Part shown: in pieces, positions 1 through 10,169 of the stretch
Position numbering within the stretch: position 1 is the stretch's first letter
Layout of the letters: each line of letters starts with the position of its first letter
DNA from: Diplonema japonicum
Taxonomy: Eukaryota; Protista; Euglenozoa: Diplonemea
NCBI GenBank assembly: GCA_964019335.1
Contig: OZ025661.1
Coordinates: forward strand, 372,001-436,000
DNA length: 64,000 nucleotides
Direction of reading: 5' to 3'
Position numbers and translations under genes: made by a program
The notes under the pieces: model-generated
What the model saw: the letters and a program-made list of their open reading frames with translations, nothing else
Told to the model about the DNA's origin: nothing
Database searches by the model: none

Positions 1-122
1 TTTACTTGGTTCGTGCTTCTCCCGTATCTTCCGCCGTCTTGTGCCGTGCTCCATCTCCTCTGTTTTCCAATCCCTCTCGCAAGCCCGGTGGGGACCAACA
101 GTATATTTCGCACAATATTCAT
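1..122 (-). CDS. 5' part of a protein-coding gene running off the window (MNIVRNILLVPTGLARGIGKQRRWSTAQ...), possible mitochondrial presequence
   Basis: Own translation: ATG at 122 preceded by A-tract + CACAG, open to the window edge; basic, acid-free N-terminus ending RRWST. Confidence 0.55.
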   Translation of the reverse strand, partial: MNIVRNILLVPTGLARGIGKQRRWSTAQDGGRYGRSTNQV

Positions 123-540
123 AACTGTGATTTTTTTTTTTTTTTTTTTTTTTTTAGAGGAACAATAAAATAATATAATATTACTCAAAACGACAGAGCG
201 AGGGGGGGGGGGGGGGGGGGAGCAAGCTGGAGTTACCCTTTTTTTTTCCTCTTTCCTTTTTTGTTTGATACGACTTTCTTTAAAAAAAGAAATCAAACAA
301 AAGGAGGAAGAAAACAAAAGAGGGAGAGGGGGGGGAACAAAAAAAAAACCCCCCCGCAACTGATTTCTTTTTCTTCTTCTTTTTTTTGCTCTCCCCTGAT
401 TTTTCCTTGTAAAAAAAAAAAAAAGAATGAGAGGGGGGAAAAAATTAACTGCGAAAAAAAAGGGGCTAAAAAAAAAAAAAAAAAGGGGGGCTTTGATTGC
501 AACACTAAGTGGCGTTAAGCGTGCAACGAAGCATGAACCA

Positions 541-626
541 TCTACTTGATTACAGGGGGCGCACCTCGGTCAACACGCGAACACCATCTGATGTACTTCT
601 TATATTTTCATGTTATCCTCACCACC
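541..626 (-). mobile_element. Internally deleted copy of the HDV-ribozyme SINE-like element (5' end joined to 3' stem-loop; ribozyme core lost)
   Basis: Shares tctacttgattacagggggcgcacc and ggtcaaca...atctgatgt..ttcttatattttcatgttatcc.caccacc with 2531-2841 but lacks the middle. Confidence 0.75.
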
Positions 627-668
627 CAAAGAAAAAAAAAAAGAAGAAAAAAAAATATGCAGGGAAAA

Positions 669-702
<34 letters not shown>

Positions 703-705
703 TAT

Positions 706-2510
706 GGGTCGATTTCAAACCCCCCCCCAAAAAAATGAGGCCAATTGACACTTTCGTTGCATCTTTGGGCATGCCGCCCCCTTTAAAACTCAAATTAACA
801 TGCAAACTCCCAGAGCAAAAGCCGCATGCCCTAAAAGGGAGGGGGTATGGTCAGTACTAGGTATCTCTGCGACTCCTCCAACTGCTGATCTCTTCAGGCA
901 AGAAGCACCCTTCATTGGCTCCCACTAGCGTCCCAGCAGGTTTGGAGAGTACTTTTCCCGACCACGGTCTCCGCATTCGCTCTGTGGACAAGGCTATGGA
1001 GAGCCAGGTCCTTAGTGGCTCCTGCGCGGTTAAAAAAAATTCTCCATATTTCCCGGCCCATATTAGGAAAGAACCCGGGTCAGAAATTGCTCAAGAGTGC
1101 TATTTTGACCTATGAAAAATTCAGTTTTAGGGTCAAAATCGGGTTTTAGTGGTTTTGGTAAAGTCAGAGAGTATGCTTTCAATAGCAAGAAATAGCGGAA
1201 CTCACTACTAGAAGGTGGCTGAAATGATGTTGGAAGTGGAAACCTTCATTTCCTAGTCTTCTGCGGCTGAGATGTGCTGCTGCTGAGTGGGCGACCTCGT
1301 TTCTTTTTCATACTATTAGGCCTTCTTTCGCATTTTGGGGGGGTTTTAAGAGGCTCATTCGTAGGTGTACTTGGTGCTTTGGGCTTGTCATGGGGTGTCA
1401 AGTATTTTTGTAATTTGGTCACTATTCTTTCTCGTTTTTAAAGTCCGGGAAGGCTATCAGGAACGTCCTCATACTCATCACAAGATACATAGACTGGGGG
1501 CCTTTTCTCTGCCCTGTCTGCATCGAGTTCTTTGATGATGTACTTTAGTTCCTTCTAGCTCGTGGATGCGAGCAAATACACCCTCCGTGTGCTCCTGAGC
1601 TCATATGCACCTGTAAAATCCGGAAACTCAAGAATCTTCTTTTTGTACGGGCCAAAGACATCAGTAACTACATGCACGGCGCACCGTATCGTATTGGTGA
1701 TGTTAGCTATTTGTTCCACAGTTTTAATTGTTGTGGAACGAGGCACCCAAAGCCAAACACGAGAGAGCACACCAAAGTGGCTGTCCCTGCTGTTTTTGCC
1801 GTGTTTCTCCCCCAGAAACCACAGGGAAAACGTCCGATCAGGATAAACAAAACGAAGACCAAAAGAACAAGTAGCAAAATTCCTTTGCACGAAAGTGACG
1901 CCCACCGTCAGTCCAGAGTATCCACTCCATTTTTTTCTTTACTACTGTGGAACACGTTTTTTCCAACAGTAAGGCCAGCTGCCCTTATTTCGTCATGTGT
2001 GATGTGGTCAAGCCTCATGCCTCTGACCAATTGGCGCCGTGTGGTGTCTTGTTGGCTACTAAACCAACCAGAAAATGATAGCAGAAGTGCCTCTAGAAGT
2101 TCCCCTTTACACACTACGTCACAAACTAGTGCAGCACAGTCGTTGCCACTGAGCTTCTCAAGAACCTCTTGGCGGGTGTCCTGATCGCCGTGGTGTTCCC
2201 ATTTACCCTTTCTCGGTCCGAATACCATTTTTGTTTACCCCTAGCTTCTCAACAGCAAGTTTAAAAGCATCCGTTTTTGTCACCCCCTCTTTACTGAATT
2301 TGTGCAAAGTGAAAAAACCCATTTTTGCCCCTAGGACTGAATTTTCTGGGTACCAGTAACACTCACTTTCCCATTTTCTGGGGTGTTTTCTTTCCAAACC
2401 TGGGCCGGGAAAGTTGTAGAATTTTTTTTCTTTGGGAAAAAGTACTTAGAGAAATATTGAAAGTGTCAATTGGCCTCATTTTTGGGAGGGGGGGGTTTTG
2501 AAACGATGCC
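706..2510 (-). mobile_element. Degenerate Sola2-like DNA transposon with ~50-bp TIRs, inserted in (TA)n
   Basis: TIRs 706-755 and 2459-2510 (core AAAATGAGGCCAATTGACACTTTC), GGG left terminus, ATAT flanks; broken minus-strand ORFs (1555-1905, 1908-2228, 2203-2397) include FLGEKHGKNSRDSHFG, an HGK..D motif of Sola2-type DDD transposases. Confidence 0.7.
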
Positions 2511-2530
2511 ATATATATATATATATATAT

Positions 2531-2840
2531 ATGAGTTAAAGGAGGCCGGTGTTGGCGGCGCCCTGCACAAGAACTGTCTACTTGATTACAGGGGGCGCAC
2601 CGCGGCCGAGTTGTAGCGTTCCGCGTCGTGTCCTTAATGCGTGCGGTGTGCAGATCAACCCCAGCCGGGACGTCCCGGGTAACCAAGATTCTGCGCTCGT
2701 GCAGTTTGCTGCCTGTTCGTCACCCTGAGCATCTGCGTTACGTTCTTCCACTCGGGCGCTACCGGTGATGACCGACGAGGAGGTCAACAGCGAACAACAC
2801 ATCTGATGTTTTTCTTATATTTTCATGTTATCCCCACCAC

Positions 2841-2841
<1 letters not shown>
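2531..2841 (-). mobile_element. Full-length SINE-like retroposon copy A (5' HDV-like ribozyme, 3' stem-loop, (AT)n tail)
   Basis: Near-identical to 5298-5617 (about 2 substitutions and a 9-bp indel); 5'-truncated relatives at 9334 and 54978 fix the minus orientation. Confidence 0.85.
2708..2841 (-). ncRNA. HDV-like self-cleaving ribozyme (copy A)
   Basis: Manual fold of the minus strand: P1 GGUGGUG/CAUCACC, P2 GCUGUUG/CA(G)GCAGC, P3 ACC/GGU, L3 UCCUCGUC, P1.1 GG, P4 CGCCC-GAGUG/UGCUC-A-GGGUG, J4/2 ACGAA (catalytic-C equivalent at 2719), J1/2 hairpin insertion. Confidence 0.8.
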
Positions 2842-2888
<47 letters not shown>

Positions 2889-2933
2889 AGAATACAATTA
2901 TTTTTGAGTTGTGTGTGTGTAAAACTTTCAACG

Positions 2934-2980
<47 letters not shown>

Positions 2981-2981
2981 A

Positions 2982-3938
2982 TCACGTCATTGTAACATTT
3001 TCATGAGGGTGGATAACTGTTTTTTTTACAAGCACGCACCCGTCATAACCACATCCAGTCACCTTGCTGTGGTAGGCCATCGCTTGGTCGCCAGGTAAAC
3101 GGCCAAGGTAAGGATAGCCCCGCGCACGCATTTCGTACTCAAGGTGCGCATACATACACCCGAAAAAGGGGAAGGAGAGGATATAGGCGAGCTCTTCAAG
3201 CTCCGGGAAATTACAACAGAATTCCCCAGGAATTCTACAGATTGCTGATGCAGAGAGGATACAGGAATCCAGACAGGTGTCTTCCAGACCATAGTGTGCT
3301 TGGACCATCCAGCGATGGGCGTGAAGGGCGAAACACGGAAATAAAAACACTTCGAGACACATACAGCAGTCCGCATTCTCTTTTACAAGGGAGCTACATA
3401 GAAGCGTCCCCTTCACACCGCAGAGGCCCTGACAACATTCGTAATTTTGGTCGTTTTTCAACAGAAGTTTTTGTCGTTGCATGCACAGGGCCACGCTTGC
3501 AATGGGGCCCAAGTACCCTGCAAGACAGTGGCCGAATGTGTTGCAGTCCTTCATCCACACGAAGAAGACGTCGCCGTGGTGGCTTGTCGCCCACAGCCCT
3601 GTCCCCTTGGAGTGTTTTGTGGTCTTGTTTTCTCTTGTGGGGAACATTGCGTGTGAGACTTTCCCTTTGCTTGCCATTGGGTACCAGAAGTCCTTTTTGG
3701 TGCCGACCGGCCAGTCCTTGCCTGGTGCATCCCAGGGGCCTGTTGCTCCTTTCCCGGCTTCTTGTAGATACTGGGCTGCGTTTCCGGCTGCGGAGCTCAC
3801 CGCAGCCGTTGCTTTGTCTTTTAAGCCCCCGAGGAAACCCTTCTTGTCTTTTTTGTCGCCGCCTGCGTTGTCCTCTCCCCCTCCGCCCCCCCCTGGCACG
3901 ACATTCGATGTCGAACCAAATTCCACCATTTGGGACAT
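2982..3938 (-). CDS. PLAC8/cornifelin-like cysteine-rich protein (318 aa)
   Basis: ATG after A-tract; Cys-rich C-terminal half with CCMCLEVFLFPCFALHAHRWMVQAHYGLEDTCLD, PLAC8-like pattern. Confidence 0.7.
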   Translation of the reverse strand: MSQMVEFGSTSNVVPGGGGGGEDNAGGDKKDKKGFLGGLKDKATAAVSSAAGNAAQYLQEAGKGATGPWDAPGKDWPVGTKKDFWYPMASKGKVSHAMFPTRENKTTKHSKGTGLWATSHHGDVFFVWMKDCNTFGHCLAGYLGPIASVALCMQRQKLLLKNDQNYECCQGLCGVKGTLLCSSLVKENADCCMCLEVFLFPCFALHAHRWMVQAHYGLEDTCLDSCILSASAICRIPGEFCCNFPELEELAYILSFPFFGCMYAHLEYEMRARGYPYLGRLPGDQAMAYHSKVTGCGYDGCVLVKKTVIHPHENVTMT

Positions 3939-4059
3939 TCTTTTTTTTTTTTTCTTTTTTTTTCTGTGTTCTTGGAAAAGAGTTGTTGGTTGAGTTTAAA
4001 AAAAGAAAAAAAAGAAAAAATAAATTTATTTTGGAAAAAAGGGGGAAAAACAAACAACA

Positions 4060-4341
4060 TCACCATGCGCCGTGCATCATATTGAAGGAAGATCCCGTGG
4101 CAGGGCCGCCTACTGCGCTCCAGTCGACTTTATCGAAGTGTGTGCTTGGAGGGGGTGCGATTGCTACTGCCTTTATGCTGCTCAGGCCGATGTCACCTGC
4201 AGGTGCGGGGGTCGCGAGATGTATGTGTGTAGAAAGAGAAGGTGAGCCGCTGACCTTTATGCTAGAACTCTTTTTATCGGCACCGCCCTTTGTTGCACCT
4301 GCTACGGCGGCCTTCATTGCAGTCTTGGACGCAACGACCAT
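4060..4341 (-). CDS. Small hypothetical protein (93 aa, MVVASKTAMK...MMHGAW)
   Basis: ATG directly after a long A-tract as in neighbouring genes; homopolymer-free, coding-like island between low-complexity spacers. Confidence 0.55.
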   Translation of the reverse strand: MVVASKTAMKAAVAGATKGGADKKSSSIKVSGSPSLSTHIHLATPAPAGDIGLSSIKAVAIAPPPSTHFDKVDWSAVGGPATGSSFNMMHGAW

Positions 4342-4346
4342 GTTGT

Positions 4347-4381
<35 letters not shown>

Positions 4382-5297
4382 TGTAAATCGAAAATGGCTG
4401 GGGTGAGTGGTTTCGACATCTACGGTATCCTAGGAAAAAGAAGAAAGAAGGAAAAAAAGGAAAAAGAAAAAAAAAAAAAAAAAATAGGTGAGAAAAGAGA
4501 GAAACATATCGAACACACACCTCATACACCCTTTGTTTTGTTTTGTTTCGCCGTCCTTTTTTTTTTCTTTTAAAAAAAACAAAGGAGAAGAACAGGGGAT
4601 GGGGTACAAAGAAAGAAAAAAAAATCATAAGAACTTCAAGAAAAAAAGGGGGGGGGGGAACCGCATCCAAGCGAAAAATAGCCAAAACAGGAAACGCACT
4701 TGAAGGAGGTCTCTATCTAGGAACCCCTGCAGGGCAGGTGGCCAGCAGCAAGCAAACCAGGCAGACATGAGACCGTGTGACCCCCATGGTATTCTCATCT
4801 GCCTCAATGTCCTTTGCTGAAGGAAAAACAAAAACAAAAAAGAGACACTTATATACCTTCCTCTCAAACAGAAAGAAAGAAAAGTAAAAGGCAAGCCCTT
4901 CCCTTGTCCCCCCCCCCCCCCCCCCCCCCGCCCATGAATTGCTGAATTGCCAGAAAGGAGGGGGGGAAAAAAAAGAAGAATGAGGGGATAAATAGGAAAG
5001 CTATGTTACAAAGTCAGGACCAAATATAAAAAAAGAAGAGAAAAAAAAAAGAAAACAACACGACACACAAAAAAAAAAGGTTTGTTTCCATTTTTCTTCT
5101 TCTTCTTCTTCTTCTTCTTTTTTTTTTTTTTTTTTTTTCCCGAAAGAAATTGTGGAGGTGGTTTAAAATGCGTCTCACCTTTTTTTTTTTTTTTTTTTTT
5201 TTTTCCCCTTCTCCTTGCGGTCTCTCACACACCCGTCATCCATTATCAAAAGGTTAGAAAGGTAGCATAACGGTGGTAATGAAAAAAAAATATATAT

Positions 5298-5617
5298 ATG
5301 AGTTAAAGGAGGCCGGTGTTGGCGGCGCCCTGCACAAGAACTGTCTACTTGATTACAGGGGGCGCACCGCGGCCGAGTTGTAGCTTCTTCTGCGTTCCGC
5401 GTCGTGTCCTTAATGCGTGCGGTGTGCAGATCAACCCCAGCCGGGGCGTCCCGGGTAACCAAGATTCTGCGCTCGTGCAGTTTGCTGCCTGTTCGTCACC
5501 CTGAGCATCTGCGTTACGTTCTTCCACTCGGGCGCTACCGGTGATGACCGACGAGGAGGTCAACAGCGAACAACACATCTGATGTTTTTCTTATATTTTC
5601 ATGCTATCCCCACCACC
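5298..5617 (-). mobile_element. Full-length SINE-like retroposon copy B, starting 32 nt after the ATG4 stop codon
   Basis: Near-identical to 2531-2841; (AT)n tail at 5291-5299. Confidence 0.85.
5484..5617 (-). ncRNA. HDV-like self-cleaving ribozyme (copy B)
   Basis: Same core as copy A; the only change in the ribozyme is A>G in the J1/2 hairpin (keeps G-U pairing); catalytic-C equivalent at 5495. Confidence 0.8.
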
Positions 5618-5649
5618 TGGAAAAAAAAAAAAAAAAAAAAAAAAAAAAT

Positions 5650-6564
5650 TCAATCCCAGTCCTCCACATCCATGTCCAAGTCCGAATCAAACCCCGCAGC
5701 AGGTTTCCCCTTCGCGAACAAAGGCCACTTCGAATTCCCGAGCCTAGTAGTCACCAGCCTCTCAATGAGGTCGTTCGCCTCGTCTTTTGTCTTGACCAGA
5801 AAAGTAAGCAAACACGAAGTGTCGAGAGACGACACAGATTCTAAACTATTCGATGCGATGCACCCGAGAGATGAGATAGATGTGAAGGCAGGCTGCGTTG
5901 TGTGAGGGTCGAGACAGAGGATAGATGAAGTTGAGTGGCTGTGTCCAATGAGGTAGAGAGCATGGTTTGGCGTTCCACCACAAAGGCCTGTTGAAAATGG
6001 TGCTGCGAGACAGTTGTGAAGAAACGATTCGTTTTCAGGATTTATCCGATCGAGCCCCAACATGAATGGGATAAGCACCAAAACAGGTGTGGGGGAAGAA
6101 TTCTCAAAATGTGAAAGAATCGCCTGGTCGTCTATGATTTGATCCAGCACAACCTCAACCTTCGCTTCTGTGAAAAGATCTCGTACTATAAAAGCTAGGG
6201 TGGATGGGCCCAACCAGGTTCCGAAGGGTTTGCCGTACTTTTCACCAACTTCCGCAATTTGGTGCACAGAGTACTTTGCTTCTCTTCTGTCCATGAAATA
6301 TTCGAGGCATCCTTTGCCTTTTCCTAAAGACTGAAGGACGCGCATTAGGAGCATCTGGCCTGTTCGGTGCATGCAGCCCCAACCCATATCTGTTGTTCCT
6401 CCATTCATCATGCCCTCTAATCCGGTTCTATAGCTGAACCACGTGAAGTTGTTTTCAATAATCCTGGCGGCCACGTTGCTTGCTTCTTGTTGAACTATAC
6501 TGCTCCCCGAGACCACCGTGCCCCCCGCTAGTACTATTTCACCTTTGGCAAGAATTCGTTCCAT
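5650..6564 (-). CDS. ATG4: Autophagy cysteine protease ATG4 (peptidase C54), 304 aa
   Basis: WFSYR, TDMGWGCMHRTGQMLL (catalytic Cys), GGTPNHALYLIG, LDPH (Asp/His), SLDTS. Confidence 0.93.
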   Translation of the reverse strand: MERILAKGEIVLAGGTVVSGSSIVQQEASNVAARIIENNFTWFSYRTGLEGMMNGGTTDMGWGCMHRTGQMLLMRVLQSLGKGKGCLEYFMDRREAKYSVHQIAEVGEKYGKPFGTWLGPSTLAFIVRDLFTEAKVEVVLDQIIDDQAILSHFENSSPTPVLVLIPFMLGLDRINPENESFLHNCLAAPFSTGLCGGTPNHALYLIGHSHSTSSILCLDPHTTQPAFTSISSLGCIASNSLESVSSLDTSCLLTFLVKTKDEANDLIERLVTTRLGNSKWPLFAKGKPAAGFDSDLDMDVEDWD

Positions 6565-7169
6565 TTTAATTTTTTTATTTTTATTTTTTTTTTTAAACCT
6601 CCTCCTCCTCTCCTCTCCCTCTTTTTTTTGGGGGGGGGTTTTTTTGAGACGGGAGAAAAAAAGGGGAGGAAATCAAAAAAAAAAAAGATTTTTTTTTTCT
6701 TTCAGGGGTTGAGCTCGTCTCCCTCGACGTGAAGTCGTCTAGCTGTACATGAGAACACTTTTTTGCAATTTAATCTTCAGATCAAATTGACAAAAAAGAG
6801 TATAAAAAAGAAAAATAATAATAAAAAAAAAAAAAACAGCGGGAGAGAGAATGAAAAAAAAAAAGAAAGAAAAAGGAAAAAAAAAAAAGAGTAGGCATTC
6901 AACCTACTCCAAGGAAATGGAAGGGGGAGAAAAGAAAAAGAGAAAATTTGGTGACACCCCTTCCCTTTGGAGGGGTTAAAAGAACAGTAGTGTGGCGGGA
7001 AGGGGAGGGAAAAAAAAAGGGGGGGTCGGCGATTGTTAGGTGTACAAACCGGTTTGGACCTGCCGAAGGTAAGTGTGGGCAAAAAAAAAAAAAAAAAAAA
7101 AAAGAAATCGCTTTCCCTGCAGCCTTAAGTTTTTCTAGCCAACCCAGATTTTTAGCCAAAAATGACAGT

Positions 7170-7305
7170 TGGGCGTACTTATTCCACGCAAAAAAAAAAA
7201 AAAAAAAGTACATTATTTCACGGACCGGCGTGAAAGATCGTACTTAATTATATATTTTTGACCAAAAAAAAATCTTAAGAGGAAGCAGCTTGGAAGTAAA
7301 TAAAA
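7170..7305 (+). mobile_element. End fragment of the hairpin-terminated (Crypton-like) element family
   Basis: cattatttcacggac matches 25938-25950; aagaggaagcagcttggaagtaaataaaa matches the terminal IR at 35637-35664. Confidence 0.5.
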
Positions 7306-7861
7306 AAGATGTCTTTGAAGGGAACCTGCAGTATGTGACAGGATCGCCTAAAAAAGAAAGAAAAAAAGAAGAAAAACAAAGCAGAATGGGTGGGGGGGAG
7401 AAAAAAATGATACAGGGGGGGGGGCGAAAAAAATAAAAATAATTTCTTGTTCCCTTACCATGGTGACCACAGCCAAGAAGCTGCTGTTTGAGTGCAGGGT
7501 CACCCAGGGTCAGGGAGAGAAGAATAAAAAAAAGAAAAAAAAAAAGAAAAAAAAAAAAGAAGTGCGCGAGCCTTTATTCGTTGGCGCTAGGCAACACCTA
7601 GTTAAAAAGAACCTAGCTGCACTTAAAACCACCTTAGCTGAAGACATCCAAGAGAAGTCCTGTGTAGACTCAGAAACTCTACACAAGACGCTCTGTACAT
7701 TGTACCCAAATGGCTAGCGGGTTCGCGGGTTGGCAGTCTCAGTTTAGAAGTTCGTGTAGTTCTAGCTAAGAAAAAAAAATCATGCGTTACAAAGTGTTTT
7801 ATTGGGGATGGGGTGTGATAGCGGGGGGGGGGGGGGGGTCGAGGGTAGGAAGAGGGGTATG

Positions 7862-7912
7862 AAAAATAAAAATAAAAATAAAAATAAAAATAAAAATAAA
7901 AATAAAAATAAA

Positions 7913-7943
<31 letters not shown>

Positions 7944-7970
7944 TAAAAATAAAAACAAAAATAAAAACAA
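7862..7970. repeat. (TAAAAA)n hexanucleotide microsatellite, ~18 units
   Basis: Direct inspection. Confidence 0.9.
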
Positions 7971-9333
7971 AAACCTGATGACTAGTTGTTTCGCATCTAT
8001 TCTCTTTTTTTTTTTTTTTTTTTTTCCATTTTAAAATGTGGAAGTTGGAAGAGCGAGACAGCTAAATGCTGAAAAATGGGGAGGGGTGGGGGGAGATTTA
8101 AAAGTTAACTTGAAAAAAAAGGAGGGAGGGGGGGGGGGGGGGGAACCCCAGTTAGAGTCAATAAACCCAAAACCATGGTTTTGACATCTTTCGTCTCCGT
8201 CCATCCTTTTCGTCCATTTTAGTAAAATAAAATCCCGTGTATACATAGAATATTTTATTTTTATTTTTATTTTTGACTTCATCCCTAGGCGTTACAAGTT
8301 GGAAATACTGTAAAAAGAAAAGAAACACGGCTGACAAATAAATGCTTGAATTTTTTTTTTTTTTTTTTTTGTCAGCCCTGATAATTTTTTTTTTTCCCCA
8401 CCTAACAGCTTTAGAAAAAAAAAAAAAAATAGTAATAGCATTTTAACAATACTAATAGCATAACCAAACATCAAAAAAACCAACAAAAAAAAAACCATGA
8501 AAGGTGGGGGGAGGGATGTAAAATCTCATTCACACCCACGGTGTCTGTAGGGTACCCATCCTGCCCACCACACAGCTGGGTGGGAGGGTAAAGATGCTGC
8601 TCCTCTTTGTACCCCCTCCCTTTTTTATTTCTTTGTAATTCTTACAAGAAAAAAAAAGGGGGGGGGGGAATTGAGCAATGCTTCCGTTAAAAAAAATAAA
8701 CATATCATCTAATCACGAATCAGTAGCCTTCCGGCCCTCACACACCTGAGGGTGGCTCCTGATTCTATCCGCGTATTAGGTGGCTTTTTACTCCTCCCAA
8801 ACAGCTTACTGATCCGGTCTCCCATAGTCTTCTTCTTCTTCTTCTTCTGAGCCTTCTCCAATGCCCAAGGGTAGTACTCTGCTAGGGCAAGGGTCCCCCG
8901 AGGATTCAACTCGTAAGCACGGTCTGCAGGCATTTTGTATTGTTTTGGTCTTAAATTTTTTTGTGTTTTTTTGGGGGGTAGGTCCTGTTGTGTTCGTTTC
9001 TCCCTCCCCCCCCCTTTCTGCACATTTCTTTAAAAAAAACTTGAGGGAAAAAAAAAGGGGGCGCGTGGTGTGTGTTGGGTTAGCTTTTCTTTTTCTTCTT
9101 CATCTTTTTTTTTTTTTCCTTTTTTTTGTAGGGAGAAGCGCGGTTTCCAAAAGAAACTAATAATGAAAAAAAAAAGTGAGTGGGTGGTTTGTACACACGG
9201 TAGAAATCCTGGGATTAATACTGCATGTTACCACTCTTTTTTTTTTGTTTTGCTCTTGAAAAAAAAAGGGGGGGGGAAAGAACAAAAGGACTGTGCAGTA
9301 CTGTTGAAAGGAAATAAAGAAAGAAAGAAATTT

Positions 9334-9370
9334 ATAAGAGATAAAGGAGGCCAGTGTTGGTGGCACCCTG
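9334..9370 (-). mobile_element. 5'-truncated 3'-end fragment of the SINE-like element
   Basis: ataagagataaaggaggccagtgttggtggcaccctg matches 2531-2565 and 54978-55014. Confidence 0.65.
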
Positions 9371-10169
9371 GGAAAAAAAAAAGAGGGGGGTTCAAGGGTG
9401 ATGCAAAAACCGCTTTTACATCACCCTTACAGAATACCATGGGGGGATCCACGTGACAAGAAATCACCAGAATGAAAGAAAAGTTGAGGACAGCCTCTAA
9501 GGGGAAGAAAAAAAAACAAAAGTTTCACATTACTGCTGGGGGGGGGGGGGGGGGGGGGAGTTCACTGCGAATGAGTGGGCGGTACCACCCCCCGAGCCCA
9601 GTATTTAAAAAGAAGAAAAAAAAAATGCAGTTTGAAGCTTCTGCAGTCTCGTAGACAGTAACAGTGGAGAGGAACTTAGCTTTGAGGGAAAGGGGCAACA
9701 GAAGCAATTCAACACCAGCCTGAAGAGTATGTCGTGAGCCATGCTTTTTCACCGGCTCAAGGCCGCGGAGAGGCCACCAGCCAGAACTGGTGAAACCACC
9801 TCCTTGTTCGATGTAATGGGATAAGAGACTCTCCGTTGAGGGCGATGCTATCTGGCGCCACGTGTAGCTCTCCATCCCCACGTGGGCGTACGGCTTAAGA
9901 ACAAGAGTTTCCCCCATCCACTACTTTTTTTTTTCTCCTTTTTTTTTTCTTTTTTTCTTCTCGCTTTTAAACCACAATCACCCCTCCCATAAAAAAAAAA
10001 ACACTCACAAAAAAAAAATGATTCTGTTAATCAAATTTTTCCCCAATAAAAAAAAAAAATATAAATATAGCACATTTATAAGAAAACAAAAAAGTTCTCC
10101 TTCAAAATCTCATTTGTTCATTTTTTTTCTTCTTCTTCTTCCCCCCCCCCCCCCCCCCCCCCCCCCTTG

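Noticed and set aside
2563-2612. Resemblance of the element's 3' part to U2 snRNA (CTCGGC..ATCAAGT..GTTCTT) or 7SL (CCTGTAATC)
   Set aside because: Only short words match; no U2 stem I, branch-point pairing region, Sm site or SRP helices
3242-4573. Long plus-strand ORFs (443 aa here; also 38407-40119, 51742-52872, 45575-46417)
   Set aside because: Antisense shadows of well-supported minus-strand genes, with no motifs
9525-9917. 130-aa minus-strand ORF (also coding-like islands 7460-7760 and 8709-8935)
   Set aside because: No recognisable motifs and frames run into homopolymers; probably decayed elements, not supportable as genes
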